DNA of 64,000 nt from Alphaproteobacteria bacterium. GTDB taxonomy: Bacteria; Pseudomonadota; Alphaproteobacteria; Bin95. The DNA is taken from NCBI GenBank assembly GCA_964291285.2, contig OZ219786.1, forward strand, positions 800,001-864,000, read 5' to 3'. Below are positions 18,043 to 27,828 of the stretch, piece after piece (positions within the stretch are counted from its first letter, which is position 1; every line of letters begins with the position of its first letter). A program made the position numbers and the translations under genes. The notes under the pieces are model-generated. The model saw nothing but the letters and a program-made list of their open reading frames with translations. It was not told where the DNA came from and searched no databases.

Positions 18043-19242
18043 ATGTTGCCCCATCGCGGAAACGGGAAAGCAGCCTTGTTGCGACAGGAATTCGAGACGC
18101 TGGAGCAGAACGGGATCACGGGTGTGGCCCTGCCCCGGATCAACGACCCGAACGTCATCCCCCTCTGGTTCGGAGAGGGCGACCTCGTCACGCCCGCCTT
18201 CATCCGCGAGGCGGCGAAGCGGGCCATCGACGACGGCCTCACCTTCTACAACCACCCCAGCGGGCGCGCGGAACTGCTCGCGGCCATCAAGGCCTATCTC
18301 GACCGCATCTACGACATCGACCTCGACCCGGACCGCGTCGTGGTGCCCGGCTCGACCATGCTCGGCATCTTCATGGCGGCGCGCATGGCGGTCGGCGCCG
18401 GAGACCATGCGCTGATCGTGAGCCCCAACTGGCCGAATATCGACCGAGCGTTCCAAATGACGGGCGCGGCGTTCGATTTCGTGCGCCAGCGGCTCGACCC
18501 GGACGGCTGGACGCTGCATCTGGAGGATGTGTTCGAGGCGGCCCGCCCGAACACGCGCGCGCTGTTCATCAACACGCCCTGCAACCCGACCGGATGGGTC
18601 ATGCCGGCCTCGGAACAGCGGCGCCTGCTCGACTTCTGCCGCGAGCGGGGCATCGTCATCCTCGCCGACGAGGTCTATCACCGGAACATATTCGACGGCG
18701 ATGTTGCGCCCTCCTTCCTCCAGGTCGCCGCTCCCGACGACCCGCTCATCGTCGTCAACGGCTTCTCCAAGGCCTTCGCGATGACCGGCTGGCGGCTCGG
18801 CTGGATGGTGGTGCCCTCCGGCTACCGCGAGCAGATGGCGGCCTATTCGGAATGCGCGAACACGGGCGCGCCGCCCATCGTGCAGAGCGCCGGCATCGCC
18901 GCGCTGGAGCAGGGCGAGCCGCTGGTGCGGGAGTTGCGCGAACGCTACCGCGCGGGGCGGGATTCGGTAATGAAGATCCTGGCGCCCCACCCCCGCATCG
19001 AGCTGCAGATGCCGGAAGGCGCGTTCTACGCCTTTCCGCGCGTCCGGGGGCTGCGGTCCAGCATGGACTTCTCGCAAGGCCTGCTGGCGGAGGAGGATGT
19101 CGGCACGGCGCCTGGCTTCACCTTCGGACCCGGCAACGAGGAGAACTTCCGCCTCTGCTTCGCGCGCTCGGGCGAGCAGCTCGAAGCGGCGCTGCACCGC
19201 ATTACCGGCTACCTGGACCGGCACGACAACGAATTCGGTTGA
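18043..19242 (+). CDS. PLP-dependent aminotransferase class I/II
   Basis: LWFGEGD, NTPCNPTG, ADEVY, NGFSKAFAMTGWRLGW; start may be TTG 18076. Confidence 0.93.
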   Translation: MLPHRGNGKAALLRQEFETLEQNGITGVALPRINDPNVIPLWFGEGDLVTPAFIREAAKRAIDDGLTFYNHPSGRAELLAAIKAYLDRIYDIDLDPDRVVVPGSTMLGIFMAARMAVGAGDHALIVSPNWPNIDRAFQMTGAAFDFVRQRLDPDGWTLHLEDVFEAARPNTRALFINTPCNPTGWVMPASEQRRLLDFCRERGIVILADEVYHRNIFDGDVAPSFLQVAAPDDPLIVVNGFSKAFAMTGWRLGWMVVPSGYREQMAAYSECANTGAPPIVQSAGIAALEQGEPLVRELRERYRAGRDSVMKILAPHPRIELQMPEGAFYAFPRVRGLRSSMDFSQGLLAEEDVGTAPGFTFGPGNEENFRLCFARSGEQLEAALHRITGYLDRHDNEFG

Positions 19243-19269
19243 TTCCCCGCCTGCGGGCCTCCCCGGAAC

Positions 19270-20499
19270 ATGGACAGACACGACATGCCAATGCCGCAAT
19301 CGGGCGCGCCCCCGCTTCAGGGCGTCAAGGTGGTGGATTTCTCGCGCATCATCGCAGGACCGCTCTGCACGCAGGTGCTCGCCGACATGGGCGCCGAAGT
19401 CGTCAAGATCGAGAACCCGGCGACCGGAGACGACACGCGGCGCATGGCGGAGCCCGGCGTGGCCGGGGAGAGCCATTTCTTCCTCGCCTACAACCGCAAC
19501 AAGAAGAGCCTTGCCCTCGATGTCCGCACGCCGGAAGGCAGGCAGGTGGTGTTCGACCTGCTGGCGGATGCCGATGTCGTCGTCGAGAACTTCCGCGTGG
19601 GCGTGATGAAGCGCTTCGGCCTCGACTATGCGTCCCTTGCCGGGCGTTTCCCGCAGCTGGTCTATCTCTCCGTCTCGGCCTACGGACAGGAAGGGCCGAT
19701 GGCGGACCGTCCCGGCTTCGACCCGGTATTGCAGGCCGAATTCGGCATGATGTCGCTGACGGGCGAGCCGGACGGGCGCCCCATGCGCCATCCGCTCTCA
19801 CTCATCGACACGATGACCGCGCTCTATGCCGCCGCCTCCGTCAATGCCGCCCTGCTTGCGCGGCGCGATACCGGCCGGGGCCAGTATATCGAGCTCGCGC
19901 TCGCCGATGTCGCCGTGGCCGCGCTCGGCAATGCGGGCCTCTACTATCTTTGCAGCGGCGAGCCGCCGCCGCGCACCGGCAACAGCCATATCACCTCGAC
20001 GCCGACCAACCTGTTCCAGGCGGCCGACGGCCCGCTCTACATGGCGCTCGGCACCGACCGGCTGTTCGGCCAGCTGTGCCGGGACGTGCTGGGCCGGCCG
20101 GATCTGCCGGAGGATCCCCGCTTCGCTTCCCCGGCCGCACGGCTCGCAAACCGCCCGGAGCTGTTCGCGGTCCTGAACAACATCTTCGGCTCCGAATCAC
20201 GGGAGTACTGGCTATCGAAGATGCGCCACCTGCCCGCCGGACCCGTGCGGACGGTCGCGGAGGCACTCGAATCGGAGGAGGTCGCCCATCGCGGCATGGT
20301 GCGCACCATAGAGCACGCCGCAGCCGGGCCGATCCGCATCCTGGGCTCGCCCATCCATTTCAGCGACACGCCGGTCCGGGTCGATGCCGCGCCGCCACCG
20401 CTCCACGGCAACGACACCGAGGCAGTGCTGCGCAGCCTCGGATACGACGACGCCCGGATCGCCTCACTGCGCGAAAGCGGGACTCTGGGCCGGCACTGA
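19270..20499 (+). CDS. CaiB/BaiF family III CoA transferase
   Basis: IAGP...LADMGAEVVKIE, NRNKKS, ADVVVENFR, PGFD. Confidence 0.94.
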   Translation: MDRHDMPMPQSGAPPLQGVKVVDFSRIIAGPLCTQVLADMGAEVVKIENPATGDDTRRMAEPGVAGESHFFLAYNRNKKSLALDVRTPEGRQVVFDLLADADVVVENFRVGVMKRFGLDYASLAGRFPQLVYLSVSAYGQEGPMADRPGFDPVLQAEFGMMSLTGEPDGRPMRHPLSLIDTMTALYAAASVNAALLARRDTGRGQYIELALADVAVAALGNAGLYYLCSGEPPPRTGNSHITSTPTNLFQAADGPLYMALGTDRLFGQLCRDVLGRPDLPEDPRFASPAARLANRPELFAVLNNIFGSESREYWLSKMRHLPAGPVRTVAEALESEEVAHRGMVRTIEHAAAGPIRILGSPIHFSDTPVRVDAAPPPLHGNDTEAVLRSLGYDDARIASLRESGTLGRH

Positions 20500-20520
20500 G
20501 CAGCCGGACGGTTCACCCCG

Positions 20521-21381
20521 ATGACGCCGCAACACAATCTCTGCGCCGTCGCCTGGATGGTCGGCGCGGCGTCGGCCTTCAGCCTGCTCGTCGTCTGCGT
20601 TCGGGAACTGTCCGCAAGCTTGCCGACGCCGGAAATCCTGTTCTTCCGCTGCCTGTTCACCATGGCGCTGCTGGTCCCCTGGGCGGTGCGGGCCGGCCGG
20701 GACGGGCTGCGCATCCGGCGGCCCTGGCCCAACCTGCTGCGCGGGGTCAGCACCTTCGCCGCCATGACGATGTGGTTCCATGCCATCGGCATCGTGCCAC
20801 TGGCCGATGCGGTGGCGATCCAGTCGGCCTATCCGCTGTTCACGATCCTGCTGGCGATGCTGCTGTTCGCCGAGCGCCCCGGCATCCGCCGCTGGCTGGC
20901 GACGCTCGCGGGCTTCGCCGGCGTGCTGGTGATCGTGCGGCCCGGCTTCGTGGCGGTCGGCCTGCCCACGGCCATGCTGCTCGGCGCGGCGCTCTGCTAC
21001 GCGGTCAGCAATATCTGCGTGAAGGCGATGGCGGACACCGAATCCCCGACGCGCATGGTGTTCACAGTGAATGCGCTGCTGCTCGCCTTCTCGGCCGTCC
21101 CGACGGCGCTCATGTGGGTAACGCCGTCGCTCGACGCACTGCCCTGGATCGCACTGCTCGCAGGCTCCGGCTTCGCCGCGCATATGTGCCTGACGCGCGC
21201 ACTCGCGACCGGCGAGGCCGGCACGGTCATGCCGTTCGACTTCCTTCGCCTGCCCTTCGCCGCGCTGGGCGGCCTCATGCTCTACGGCGAAGTCCCCGAT
21301 ATGTGGACCGTCGCCGGCGGCATCCTCGTCTTTGCGAGCGCGACCTATATCGCCATGCGCGAAGCCCGGCCGGGGCGCTGA
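20521..21381 (+). CDS. DMT/EamA family transporter
   Basis: About 10 TM segments, two EamA repeats (ERPGIRRW...GFAGVLVIVRPG; PFDFLRL). Confidence 0.9.
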   Translation: MTPQHNLCAVAWMVGAASAFSLLVVCVRELSASLPTPEILFFRCLFTMALLVPWAVRAGRDGLRIRRPWPNLLRGVSTFAAMTMWFHAIGIVPLADAVAIQSAYPLFTILLAMLLFAERPGIRRWLATLAGFAGVLVIVRPGFVAVGLPTAMLLGAALCYAVSNICVKAMADTESPTRMVFTVNALLLAFSAVPTALMWVTPSLDALPWIALLAGSGFAAHMCLTRALATGEAGTVMPFDFLRLPFAALGGLMLYGEVPDMWTVAGGILVFASATYIAMREARPGR

Positions 21382-21428
21382 GCCCGCCCTCGGCGACTTG
21401 CGCCGTCGCCAGTTCGTCCAAAGGGGCG

Positions 21429-22169
21429 CTACCCCGCCTCACGCGCTCCCGCGACGAGTCTGGCAAGGTCTTCCTGCGAGGCCGCGCCGGGCAGGATGGC
21501 GTTCTTCACCAGGAAGGCGGGTGTGCCGCGAATGCCCACCGCCTGGCCGAGAACGCGGTTGCGCTCGATGACCGCCGTGACAGCCTCGCTCTCCATGTCG
21601 GCGCGCAATTGCGCGATGTCGAGGCCGGTTTCGGCGGCGATGTCCATGATCCGATCCTCGTCGAGCGCGCCGGGGGCGGACATGAGCGCGACATGGAACT
21701 CGGCCCATTTGCCCTGCCTGTCGGCCGCGAGCGAGGCGCGGGCGGCGGTCACGGACGCCTCGCCCAGAATGGGGAACTCCTTGAAGACGATGCGCAGCCG
21801 GCCGTCCGCGGCCGCCAGCGCCATCACATCGCCCAGCACGCGCTTGCAGAAGCCGCAGCGATAGTCGAAGAACTCGACCAGCACCGCGTCGGCGTCTTCC
21901 GGCCCGATGGCGGGGTCGCCCTCGGCGCGCGCCAGCGCCTCCCAATTGGCGGCGATGCGCCCGACCTGCTGCTGCCGCCGGAATTGCTCCTGCTCGTCCC
22001 ACCAGGCCTGCACCGCCTGGAGGACGATTTCGGGGTCCTTCTGGCGGAGATATTCGATGACGGCGGACACCTCCTGCTCGGTGTCGGCCCGCGCCTCGCG
22101 GGCGGTCCAGGGCAGGCAGGCGAGCACAGCGAGGAGGAAGGCGAGAACGGCGCGGGAGAGCAGGGTCAT
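21429..22169 (-). CDS. DsbA/Com1-family thioredoxin-fold protein
   Basis: Signal peptide, EFFDYRCGFCK, FKEFPILG, GIRGTPAF. Confidence 0.92.
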   Translation of the reverse strand: MTLLSRAVLAFLLAVLACLPWTAREARADTEQEVSAVIEYLRQKDPEIVLQAVQAWWDEQEQFRRQQQVGRIAANWEALARAEGDPAIGPEDADAVLVEFFDYRCGFCKRVLGDVMALAAADGRLRIVFKEFPILGEASVTAARASLAADRQGKWAEFHVALMSAPGALDEDRIMDIAAETGLDIAQLRADMESEAVTAVIERNRVLGQAVGIRGTPAFLVKNAILPGAASQEDLARLVAGAREAG

Positions 22170-22235
22170 GGCGGCCGGACCCCTTTTGCGATGGGAGCCC
22201 CCTTATGACCCCGGCCGGCGCTTTCGGCAAGCCGC

Positions 22236-23642
22236 TCAGGCGGCCGCATCCGCCTCCTTGCCGAACAGGCGGACCCGGGCGCCCGCAAGCAGGTCGGCGA
22301 GCCGGTTGCGGATCGCCCAGAGGCAGACGAGCGAGGGCAGGACCATGAGCGTGGTGATGACGAAGAAGGTCCCCCAGTCGCCTTCCAGCCAGTCCACCAG
22401 CTCGCCCGAGGAGGCGGCGAAGAGCGTCCGCCCGGCCGTGCCGATGGAGGCGAGCAGCGCATACTGGGTCGCGGTGTAGGTCCGGTCCACCAGCATCGAG
22501 ATGAAGGCGACGAAAGTGACGGTGGCGAACGCGCTGGTGAGGTCGTCCATGACGACGGCGATCGCGAACAGGAGTTCCGACTTGCCGGACCATGCCATGA
22601 GCGCGAACAGGAGGTTGGTCGCCGCCATGGCGATGCCGGAGACGAACATCGCCTTGATGAGCCCGATGCGGATGGCGAACAGGCCGCCCAGCACGGTGAA
22701 GACGAGGGTGGTGAGCCAGCCGAGGCCCTTGGAATAAACGGCGATGTCCGACTTCGAGAAGCCCACCTCCTTGTAGAAGATGAGCGACATGCGGCCCATG
22801 AAGGCCTCGCCGATCTTGAAGAGGAAGATGAAACCGAGCACGGCGGCAGCGATGGCGACGCCGTTCTGCCGGAAGAAGCTCATCAGCGGTCCGACCAGGG
22901 TTCCCGCAAGCCAGCCGGAGACCCGGCCTGCCGCGCCGGGGACGCCGAGGCGCGAAGCGAGCGCCTGCTCGTCCCGCTCCTGCGCGGCAACGCGGGCGGC
23001 GGCGGAGGGCTCCGGCACGAAGGCCAGGCCGATATTGCAGAGCACGACCAGTATGCCGAGGACGAGGAAGGTCGCCTGCCAGTAATGCTCGACGCCCGAC
23101 TGCTCGAAATACTGCGCCGCCTCCAGTGCGACGACGCCGCCGAGCTTGTAGCCCGTCCACCAGCCGACGACGGCGACGGCTGCGCCCGCGGCCATGGATT
23201 CGCCCTCGTCCCTGCCGATCTGCTCGATCCGGAGCGCGTCTACGGCGATGTCCTGGGTGGCCGATGCGACGGCGATGGCGAGCCCGATGGCGACCACGAG
23301 GCCGAGATCGACGGAGGGCTCGACCGTGCTCCACAGGATGAGGCAGACGAGGATGACCGCCTGCAGCGCCACGATCCACGACCGGCGGTGCCCGAGCCGG
23401 TCCGCGATCCAGGGCAGGCGGATACGGTCGATCAGCGGCGCCCAGAGGAAGTTGAAGGCATAGACGCCGAAGATAAGCCCCGCCCAGCCGATGGCGCTGC
23501 GGCTCAGCCCGTCCTCCTTCAGCCAGAGGTTGAGGCTGCTGCCGATGAGCACCCAGGGAAAGCCGCTGACAATGCCCAGCAGCAGGATGCGCGCCATGCG
23601 CCGCTCGAGATAGGTTCCGAGCGCGCCCCGAAGCTCCATCAC
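22236..23642 (-). CDS. ampG: AmpG-family muropeptide MFS transporter
   Basis: LGIVSGFP, FLWAPLID, SATQDIAVDALRIE, YTATQYALLAS. Confidence 0.85.
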   Translation of the reverse strand: MMELRGALGTYLERRMARILLLGIVSGFPWVLIGSSLNLWLKEDGLSRSAIGWAGLIFGVYAFNFLWAPLIDRIRLPWIADRLGHRRSWIVALQAVILVCLILWSTVEPSVDLGLVVAIGLAIAVASATQDIAVDALRIEQIGRDEGESMAAGAAVAVVGWWTGYKLGGVVALEAAQYFEQSGVEHYWQATFLVLGILVVLCNIGLAFVPEPSAAARVAAQERDEQALASRLGVPGAAGRVSGWLAGTLVGPLMSFFRQNGVAIAAAVLGFIFLFKIGEAFMGRMSLIFYKEVGFSKSDIAVYSKGLGWLTTLVFTVLGGLFAIRIGLIKAMFVSGIAMAATNLLFALMAWSGKSELLFAIAVVMDDLTSAFATVTFVAFISMLVDRTYTATQYALLASIGTAGRTLFAASSGELVDWLEGDWGTFFVITTLMVLPSLVCLWAIRNRLADLLAGARVRLFGKEADAAA

Positions 23643-23675
23643 GCCGCCCCCTCTCGGCCCCCGGTGCGGTTTGCG

Positions 23676-24062
23676 CTAGTCGCCGATCACGGCCATGGCG
23701 GCAATTTCCACCAGGAATTCGGGTCGCACGAGGCCGGCCTGCACACAGGCGCGCGCCGGTGGGCTCTCCGGGAAGTAGGAGGCGTAAACCTCGTTCATCG
23801 CGGCGTAGTCGGCGAGGTCCTTGAGGTAGATTGTGTTGTACACGATGTCCTGCATGGAGCCGCCGGCCTCTTCAAGAATTTCCCTGATATTCTCCAGCAC
23901 CTGCCGGGTCTGCGCGCCGGCGTCTCCCTCGCCGATGAGGGTCCCGGACGTATCGAGCGCCAGCATGCCCGCCGTGCAGACGAGCCCGCCGGACCGGAAG
24001 CCCGGAGAGTAAGGCGCGAGCGGGGGCGGAGAGCCCTTGGGCAATATCGGTTGACCGGCCAT
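23676..24062 (-). CDS. RidA/YjgF family protein (RutC-like)
   Basis: PLAPYSPG, QTRQVLENI, YAAMNEVY, PPARAC, LVEI. Confidence 0.9.
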   Translation of the reverse strand: MAGQPILPKGSPPPLAPYSPGFRSGGLVCTAGMLALDTSGTLIGEGDAGAQTRQVLENIREILEEAGGSMQDIVYNTIYLKDLADYAAMNEVYASYFPESPPARACVQAGLVRPEFLVEIAAMAVIGD

Positions 24063-24168
24063 GTGGAGGTTCCTCCCCTCGGTTGCAGATTCCGTTCGCT
24101 CGGGCGCGGCGCGGATCGCGGTTTTCTTCGCGAGCGATAGCACCGCCGAAGCCTCTGCGGCAAGCAGC

Positions 24169-25384
24169 CAGGGCAATCGCTTTTGGGCCTGTCATGCGGC
24201 GGCCCGGATCAAGTTGAGGAGCAAGTCGTCATTCCAGGCTGCGCGTTTGAGTTTTCCGCGCATGGCGTCTTTTGTGGGTTCGCGGCGTGCGATGTTGAGG
24301 GCGAGGCGTCGGATCAGGGCGAGGTTTTCGGGTCCGTGGTCCTTGCGGTTTCGCTGTCGGTCCTCGTTCATGGTCACGTCGAGCACCCAGTGCAGGCAGT
24401 TTTCGATGGTCCAATGGGCGCGCGCGGCGTGCTGGAAGCGCTCGGGCGCGAGCGGCGCGCTCATGATGTAGTAGCGGGTTTCGGTTTTGGTGCTCCTTGC
24501 GGTTTCGCGCCTGGCCTGGATCTTGCCGATGGCGGCCAGCCCCGGCCAGTCATGGCGCTCGCGCAGCCATGCAATCTCGTGGCAGACCGAGGCGCGGCGC
24601 GTCTCGATGCGCCCGTGATCGCCATCGACATGCTGACATGATTGGAGTTTGTCCGCCTGGGCGGGATCGTCCAGATACAGGCGCACATCCTCATACAGGC
24701 TGCCCTGATTGCCCTTGAGCGCCAGCACATAGTCCCCGCCCTTGGCGGTAACGGCCTCGGCCGTCGCCCGCTGGGTATGCATCGCGTCCGCCGTCACGAT
24801 CCGGCCCTTGAGCGCCAGCATCTCCAGCAGCTTCGGCATCGCCGCAATCTCGTTGGACTTGTCATCGACCTTCACCTGGCCGAGCATCAGGCGGGTCCCG
24901 GCGGCGAAGGCCTGCACCAGATGCACCGGCGAGCGCGCCGCGGCATCGGCGAAGGAACGCCGCAGCGACTTGCCGTCAACCGCGATCACATCGCCGTCCA
25001 GAACCGCCGCCCAGTCCTCCAGAAGCCGCAGCAGCACTTTCTGCAGGCTGTCGGGATCGAGGGCGTTGAACAGGTCCGAAAACGCATCGTGGCTCGGAAT
25101 GCCGTGCTTCAACTCCATGAAACGGCGCAGAAACCCTTCCTTCGCCCGACCGAAACGCTCCATGTCCGCGCATCCCTCCCCACCGCACAAGGTCGAGAGC
25201 AGCGCGATCATCAGCATCTCGTGCAGAGAGTGGCGCGTCGCATTGCTGCGACGCGGATCCGTAACTCCTTCGAATACTGACGAAAACTCCTCCATCTCAC
25301 ACCCCAACTCACCAGATACGGAAACCGGAGTGTGAATCGAAAACGCAAACTCCTAAAAGCTAATCTTCAAAAGCGATTCCCCTG
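24169..25384 (-). mobile_element. ISAs1-family insertion sequence, 1216 bp
   Basis: IRs CAGGGCAATCGCTTTTG and CAGGGGAATCGCTTTTG (16/17); 9-bp target duplication GCAAGCAGC at 24160-24168 and 25385-25393. Confidence 0.95.
24192..25295 (-). CDS. ISAs1-family transposase
   Basis: DPRR, GIPSHD, AVDGKSLR, KSNEI, TADAMHTQ, LKGNQ, HGRIETR, HWTIEN.LHWVLDV. Confidence 0.96.
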   Translation of the reverse strand: MEEFSSVFEGVTDPRRSNATRHSLHEMLMIALLSTLCGGEGCADMERFGRAKEGFLRRFMELKHGIPSHDAFSDLFNALDPDSLQKVLLRLLEDWAAVLDGDVIAVDGKSLRRSFADAAARSPVHLVQAFAAGTRLMLGQVKVDDKSNEIAAMPKLLEMLALKGRIVTADAMHTQRATAEAVTAKGGDYVLALKGNQGSLYEDVRLYLDDPAQADKLQSCQHVDGDHGRIETRRASVCHEIAWLRERHDWPGLAAIGKIQARRETARSTKTETRYYIMSAPLAPERFQHAARAHWTIENCLHWVLDVTMNEDRQRNRKDHGPENLALIRRLALNIARREPTKDAMRGKLKRAAWNDDLLLNLIRAAA

Positions 25385-25406
25385 GCAAGCAGCGAGGACG
25401 CCGCCG

Positions 25407-25919
25407 TCATTCCCGGGTCTTTGCCGGACGGGGGCCGGCAAGCGGCTTTTCGAGAAAGAAAACACCCTCCATCGGGTTGTCGTAGTAGGCCGGGATTTCG
25501 TGGAAGCCCATCGACCGGTAAAGCGCGACCGCTTCATGCAGGCGGGTCAAGGTGTCGAGGCGCATGAGCCGATAGCCGGCATCCGCGCCCGCCTGCACGA
25601 GCGCCTCGGCCAGCCTTCGTCCGAGGCCAAGGCCCCGCCAGCGCGGGCGCACATAGAGGCGCTTCATCTCGCAGATGCCGGGCTCCAGCTCTTTCATGCC
25701 GACACCGCCCGCAGCCGAACCGTCCCGGGCGCGGGCGAGCAGCAGCCGGCCTCCCGGCGGCGCATACAGCTTGGCAAGCGAATCCAGTTCCGCAGAGAAG
25801 TCCTGGAAGGAAAGATCCTCGCCGAGCCATTGCTGGTATTCGGTGAAGAGCGCCCGCATTTCGGCGATTTCGGCGGGTGTCGAGGCTTCGACAATCGCAA
25901 CCGGCTCCGCAGCGCTCAT
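25407..25919 (-). CDS. GNAT family N-acetyltransferase
   Basis: CEMKRLYVRP.WRGLGLGR, MRLDTL, LYRSMGF. Confidence 0.92.
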   Translation of the reverse strand: MSAAEPVAIVEASTPAEIAEMRALFTEYQQWLGEDLSFQDFSAELDSLAKLYAPPGGRLLLARARDGSAAGGVGMKELEPGICEMKRLYVRPRWRGLGLGRRLAEALVQAGADAGYRLMRLDTLTRLHEAVALYRSMGFHEIPAYYDNPMEGVFFLEKPLAGPRPAKTRE

Positions 25920-25931
25920 GCTCCGGCTTTC

Positions 25932-26915
25932 CTAGCCGGCGAAGGCCCGAAGCCGCTCGACGATGGTCCCGTCCGCCTCGAAGCCGCCGGATGCTCTCGC
26001 CGCCTCGCGCACCGCCCGGGAGCGGTCGAAGGGCATGCGGACGGGACTGGCCGGATCGGCCGGTCTCGCGGTCCGCACGGTCCCGGCATAGTCGGCGATG
26101 CGCTGCTTAAAGCCCTCCGTGTCACCGAAAATATCCGGGCGGATGGCAACGATCACCATGCCGAAACCGGCGAGGTCCGGCGTGATGCCCTCCGAGCCCG
26201 CCAGCACGCCCAGCATCTGCACCACGAGGCCGAGTCCGGAGCCCTTGTGCTCGCCCCAGGCCGTGAACGCGCCGGCAAGCGCCGCGTCGGGGTCGGTAGT
26301 CGGCCGACCGTCGGGTCCGAAGGCGCGGCCCTCCGGCAGCGGCCGGCCCGTGCGGCGGGCAAGCAGCACCTCGGCATGCATGATGGTACTGGTGCCGATG
26401 TCCCAGACGATGGGGCGGTCGGCGGACGGAAAGCCGAAGCAGATCGGGTTGGTGCCGAACCGCCCCTCAGCGGCGCCATAGGGCGCGACCCAGGGCGTGG
26501 CGTTGGACGCGATCATGGTCACGAGGTCATGCGCCGCCCCCTGTTCGGCGAAGTAGCTCAGCATGCCCGTGTACCAGGTATCGACCGCGCCGACGGCGGA
26601 GAGGCCCATCGCGTTCGCCTTCGCGATGGCAATGTCGGTCGCGCGCTGGCCGACGATGTAGCCGATATGGTCGGCGCCGTCGATGCGGGCCGAAACCGGC
26701 GTTTCATGCGTGATCGTGATGGGCCGGGACGGCGGTCCGGTACGCCCGATCCGCTCGGTGATCGACACCGCCCGCGCCAGACCGCCATAGGAAACGCCGC
26801 GCAGTTCGCAGTCGATCAGGTGGTCCACGATGGCCGGGACATCGCCCGCCTCGTAGCCGAGTTTCGCCATCACCCGCGTTAGCAGGGCATGGGCCTCGTC
26901 GATGGCGATGCGCAT
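25932..26915 (-). CDS. Ldh_2 family (malate/L-lactate/sulfolactate-type) oxidoreductase
   Basis: LRGVSYGG, FGTNPICFGFP, WDIGTS, HKGSGL. Confidence 0.88.
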   Translation of the reverse strand: MRIAIDEAHALLTRVMAKLGYEAGDVPAIVDHLIDCELRGVSYGGLARAVSITERIGRTGPPSRPITITHETPVSARIDGADHIGYIVGQRATDIAIAKANAMGLSAVGAVDTWYTGMLSYFAEQGAAHDLVTMIASNATPWVAPYGAAEGRFGTNPICFGFPSADRPIVWDIGTSTIMHAEVLLARRTGRPLPEGRAFGPDGRPTTDPDAALAGAFTAWGEHKGSGLGLVVQMLGVLAGSEGITPDLAGFGMVIVAIRPDIFGDTEGFKQRIADYAGTVRTARPADPASPVRMPFDRSRAVREAARASGGFEADGTIVERLRAFAG

Positions 26916-26934
26916 GGGGGCGTGGTCCCCGGAA

Positions 26935-27774
26935 TCACCGCCTCCGGCGGCGGCCGCCCGTTCCGTCGAACAGGATCTGCTCGCGCCGTTCGGCGTCGGC
27001 CGCGACCGTCTCGAAATCAGCCTCGTCCATCCGGCGGGCCGGCGGCGGCACGATGGCGAAGTGCCCGAAGCGGTCCTCGCCGGCTACCAGCGCCACTTCC
27101 GTTTCCGGGCCGGAGCGCGCGCGCATGGTCGGCGCGATATAGCGGATGGCCGCGCCGATACGCCGGTCGCCGGTGCCGTTCGGGCCGGAGGCATGGAACA
27201 GGTGGCCATGGTGCAGCGAGGCCTGCCCCGGCTGCAGCACGACATCCACGGCCGCGTCCTCGTCCACCTCGACCTGGATTTCCTGGCCGCGGGTCAGCAA
27301 ATTGTCGGCGGCGAAGCTGTCGGCATGCGGCACGATCCGCTCCCGATGGCTGCCCGGGATGAAGCGCATGCAACCGCTATCCTCCGTCGCCGGCGAGAGC
27401 GCCACCCAGAGCGTCGTCTCCTCCGCCTTGTCGAGGCCCCAATAGGTCAGGTCCTGGTGCCAGGACACGTAGCTCGGCGTGTTCGCTTCCTTGATGAACA
27501 GCCCCGACCCCCAGACCATGACATCGGGACCCAGCACCGCCTGCGCCGCCTCGACCATCTTCGGATGGCGGACCAGCCGGTCGAAGGACGGCAGGAAGCG
27601 GGCCGGGAAGCCGCGCAGCAGGCCGAGCCGCTTCGGGTCGTCCGCCAGTTCGGCCTCGCCCCGCTCAAGGTCGGCGCGCAGCTTCCCAGCTTCCGTCTCA
27701 GTCACGATATCGAGCGGGAAGACGAACCCGTCGCGGGCATAGTCGAGCGCAATTTTCGATTCGGTCATGTTCAT
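26935..27774 (-). CDS. PhyH-family Fe/2OG dioxygenase
   Basis: FIKE, WHQDLTYW, GCMRFIPGSH, LFHASGPN, DRRIG. Confidence 0.93.
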   Translation of the reverse strand: MNMTESKIALDYARDGFVFPLDIVTETEAGKLRADLERGEAELADDPKRLGLLRGFPARFLPSFDRLVRHPKMVEAAQAVLGPDVMVWGSGLFIKEANTPSYVSWHQDLTYWGLDKAEETTLWVALSPATEDSGCMRFIPGSHRERIVPHADSFAADNLLTRGQEIQVEVDEDAAVDVVLQPGQASLHHGHLFHASGPNGTGDRRIGAAIRYIAPTMRARSGPETEVALVAGEDRFGHFAIVPPPARRMDEADFETVAADAERREQILFDGTGGRRRRR

Positions 27775-27828
27775 GGCGTGGCTGCGCAGCCTTGCGGCTC
27801 CTCTCCCGTTCCTGGGGTTTCGTGCGGT

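Noticed and set aside
17247-22208. 1653-aa ORF on the + strand
   Set aside because: Arg/Pro/Gly-rich off-frame shadow over several well-supported genes; long stop-free frames are expected at this GC content.
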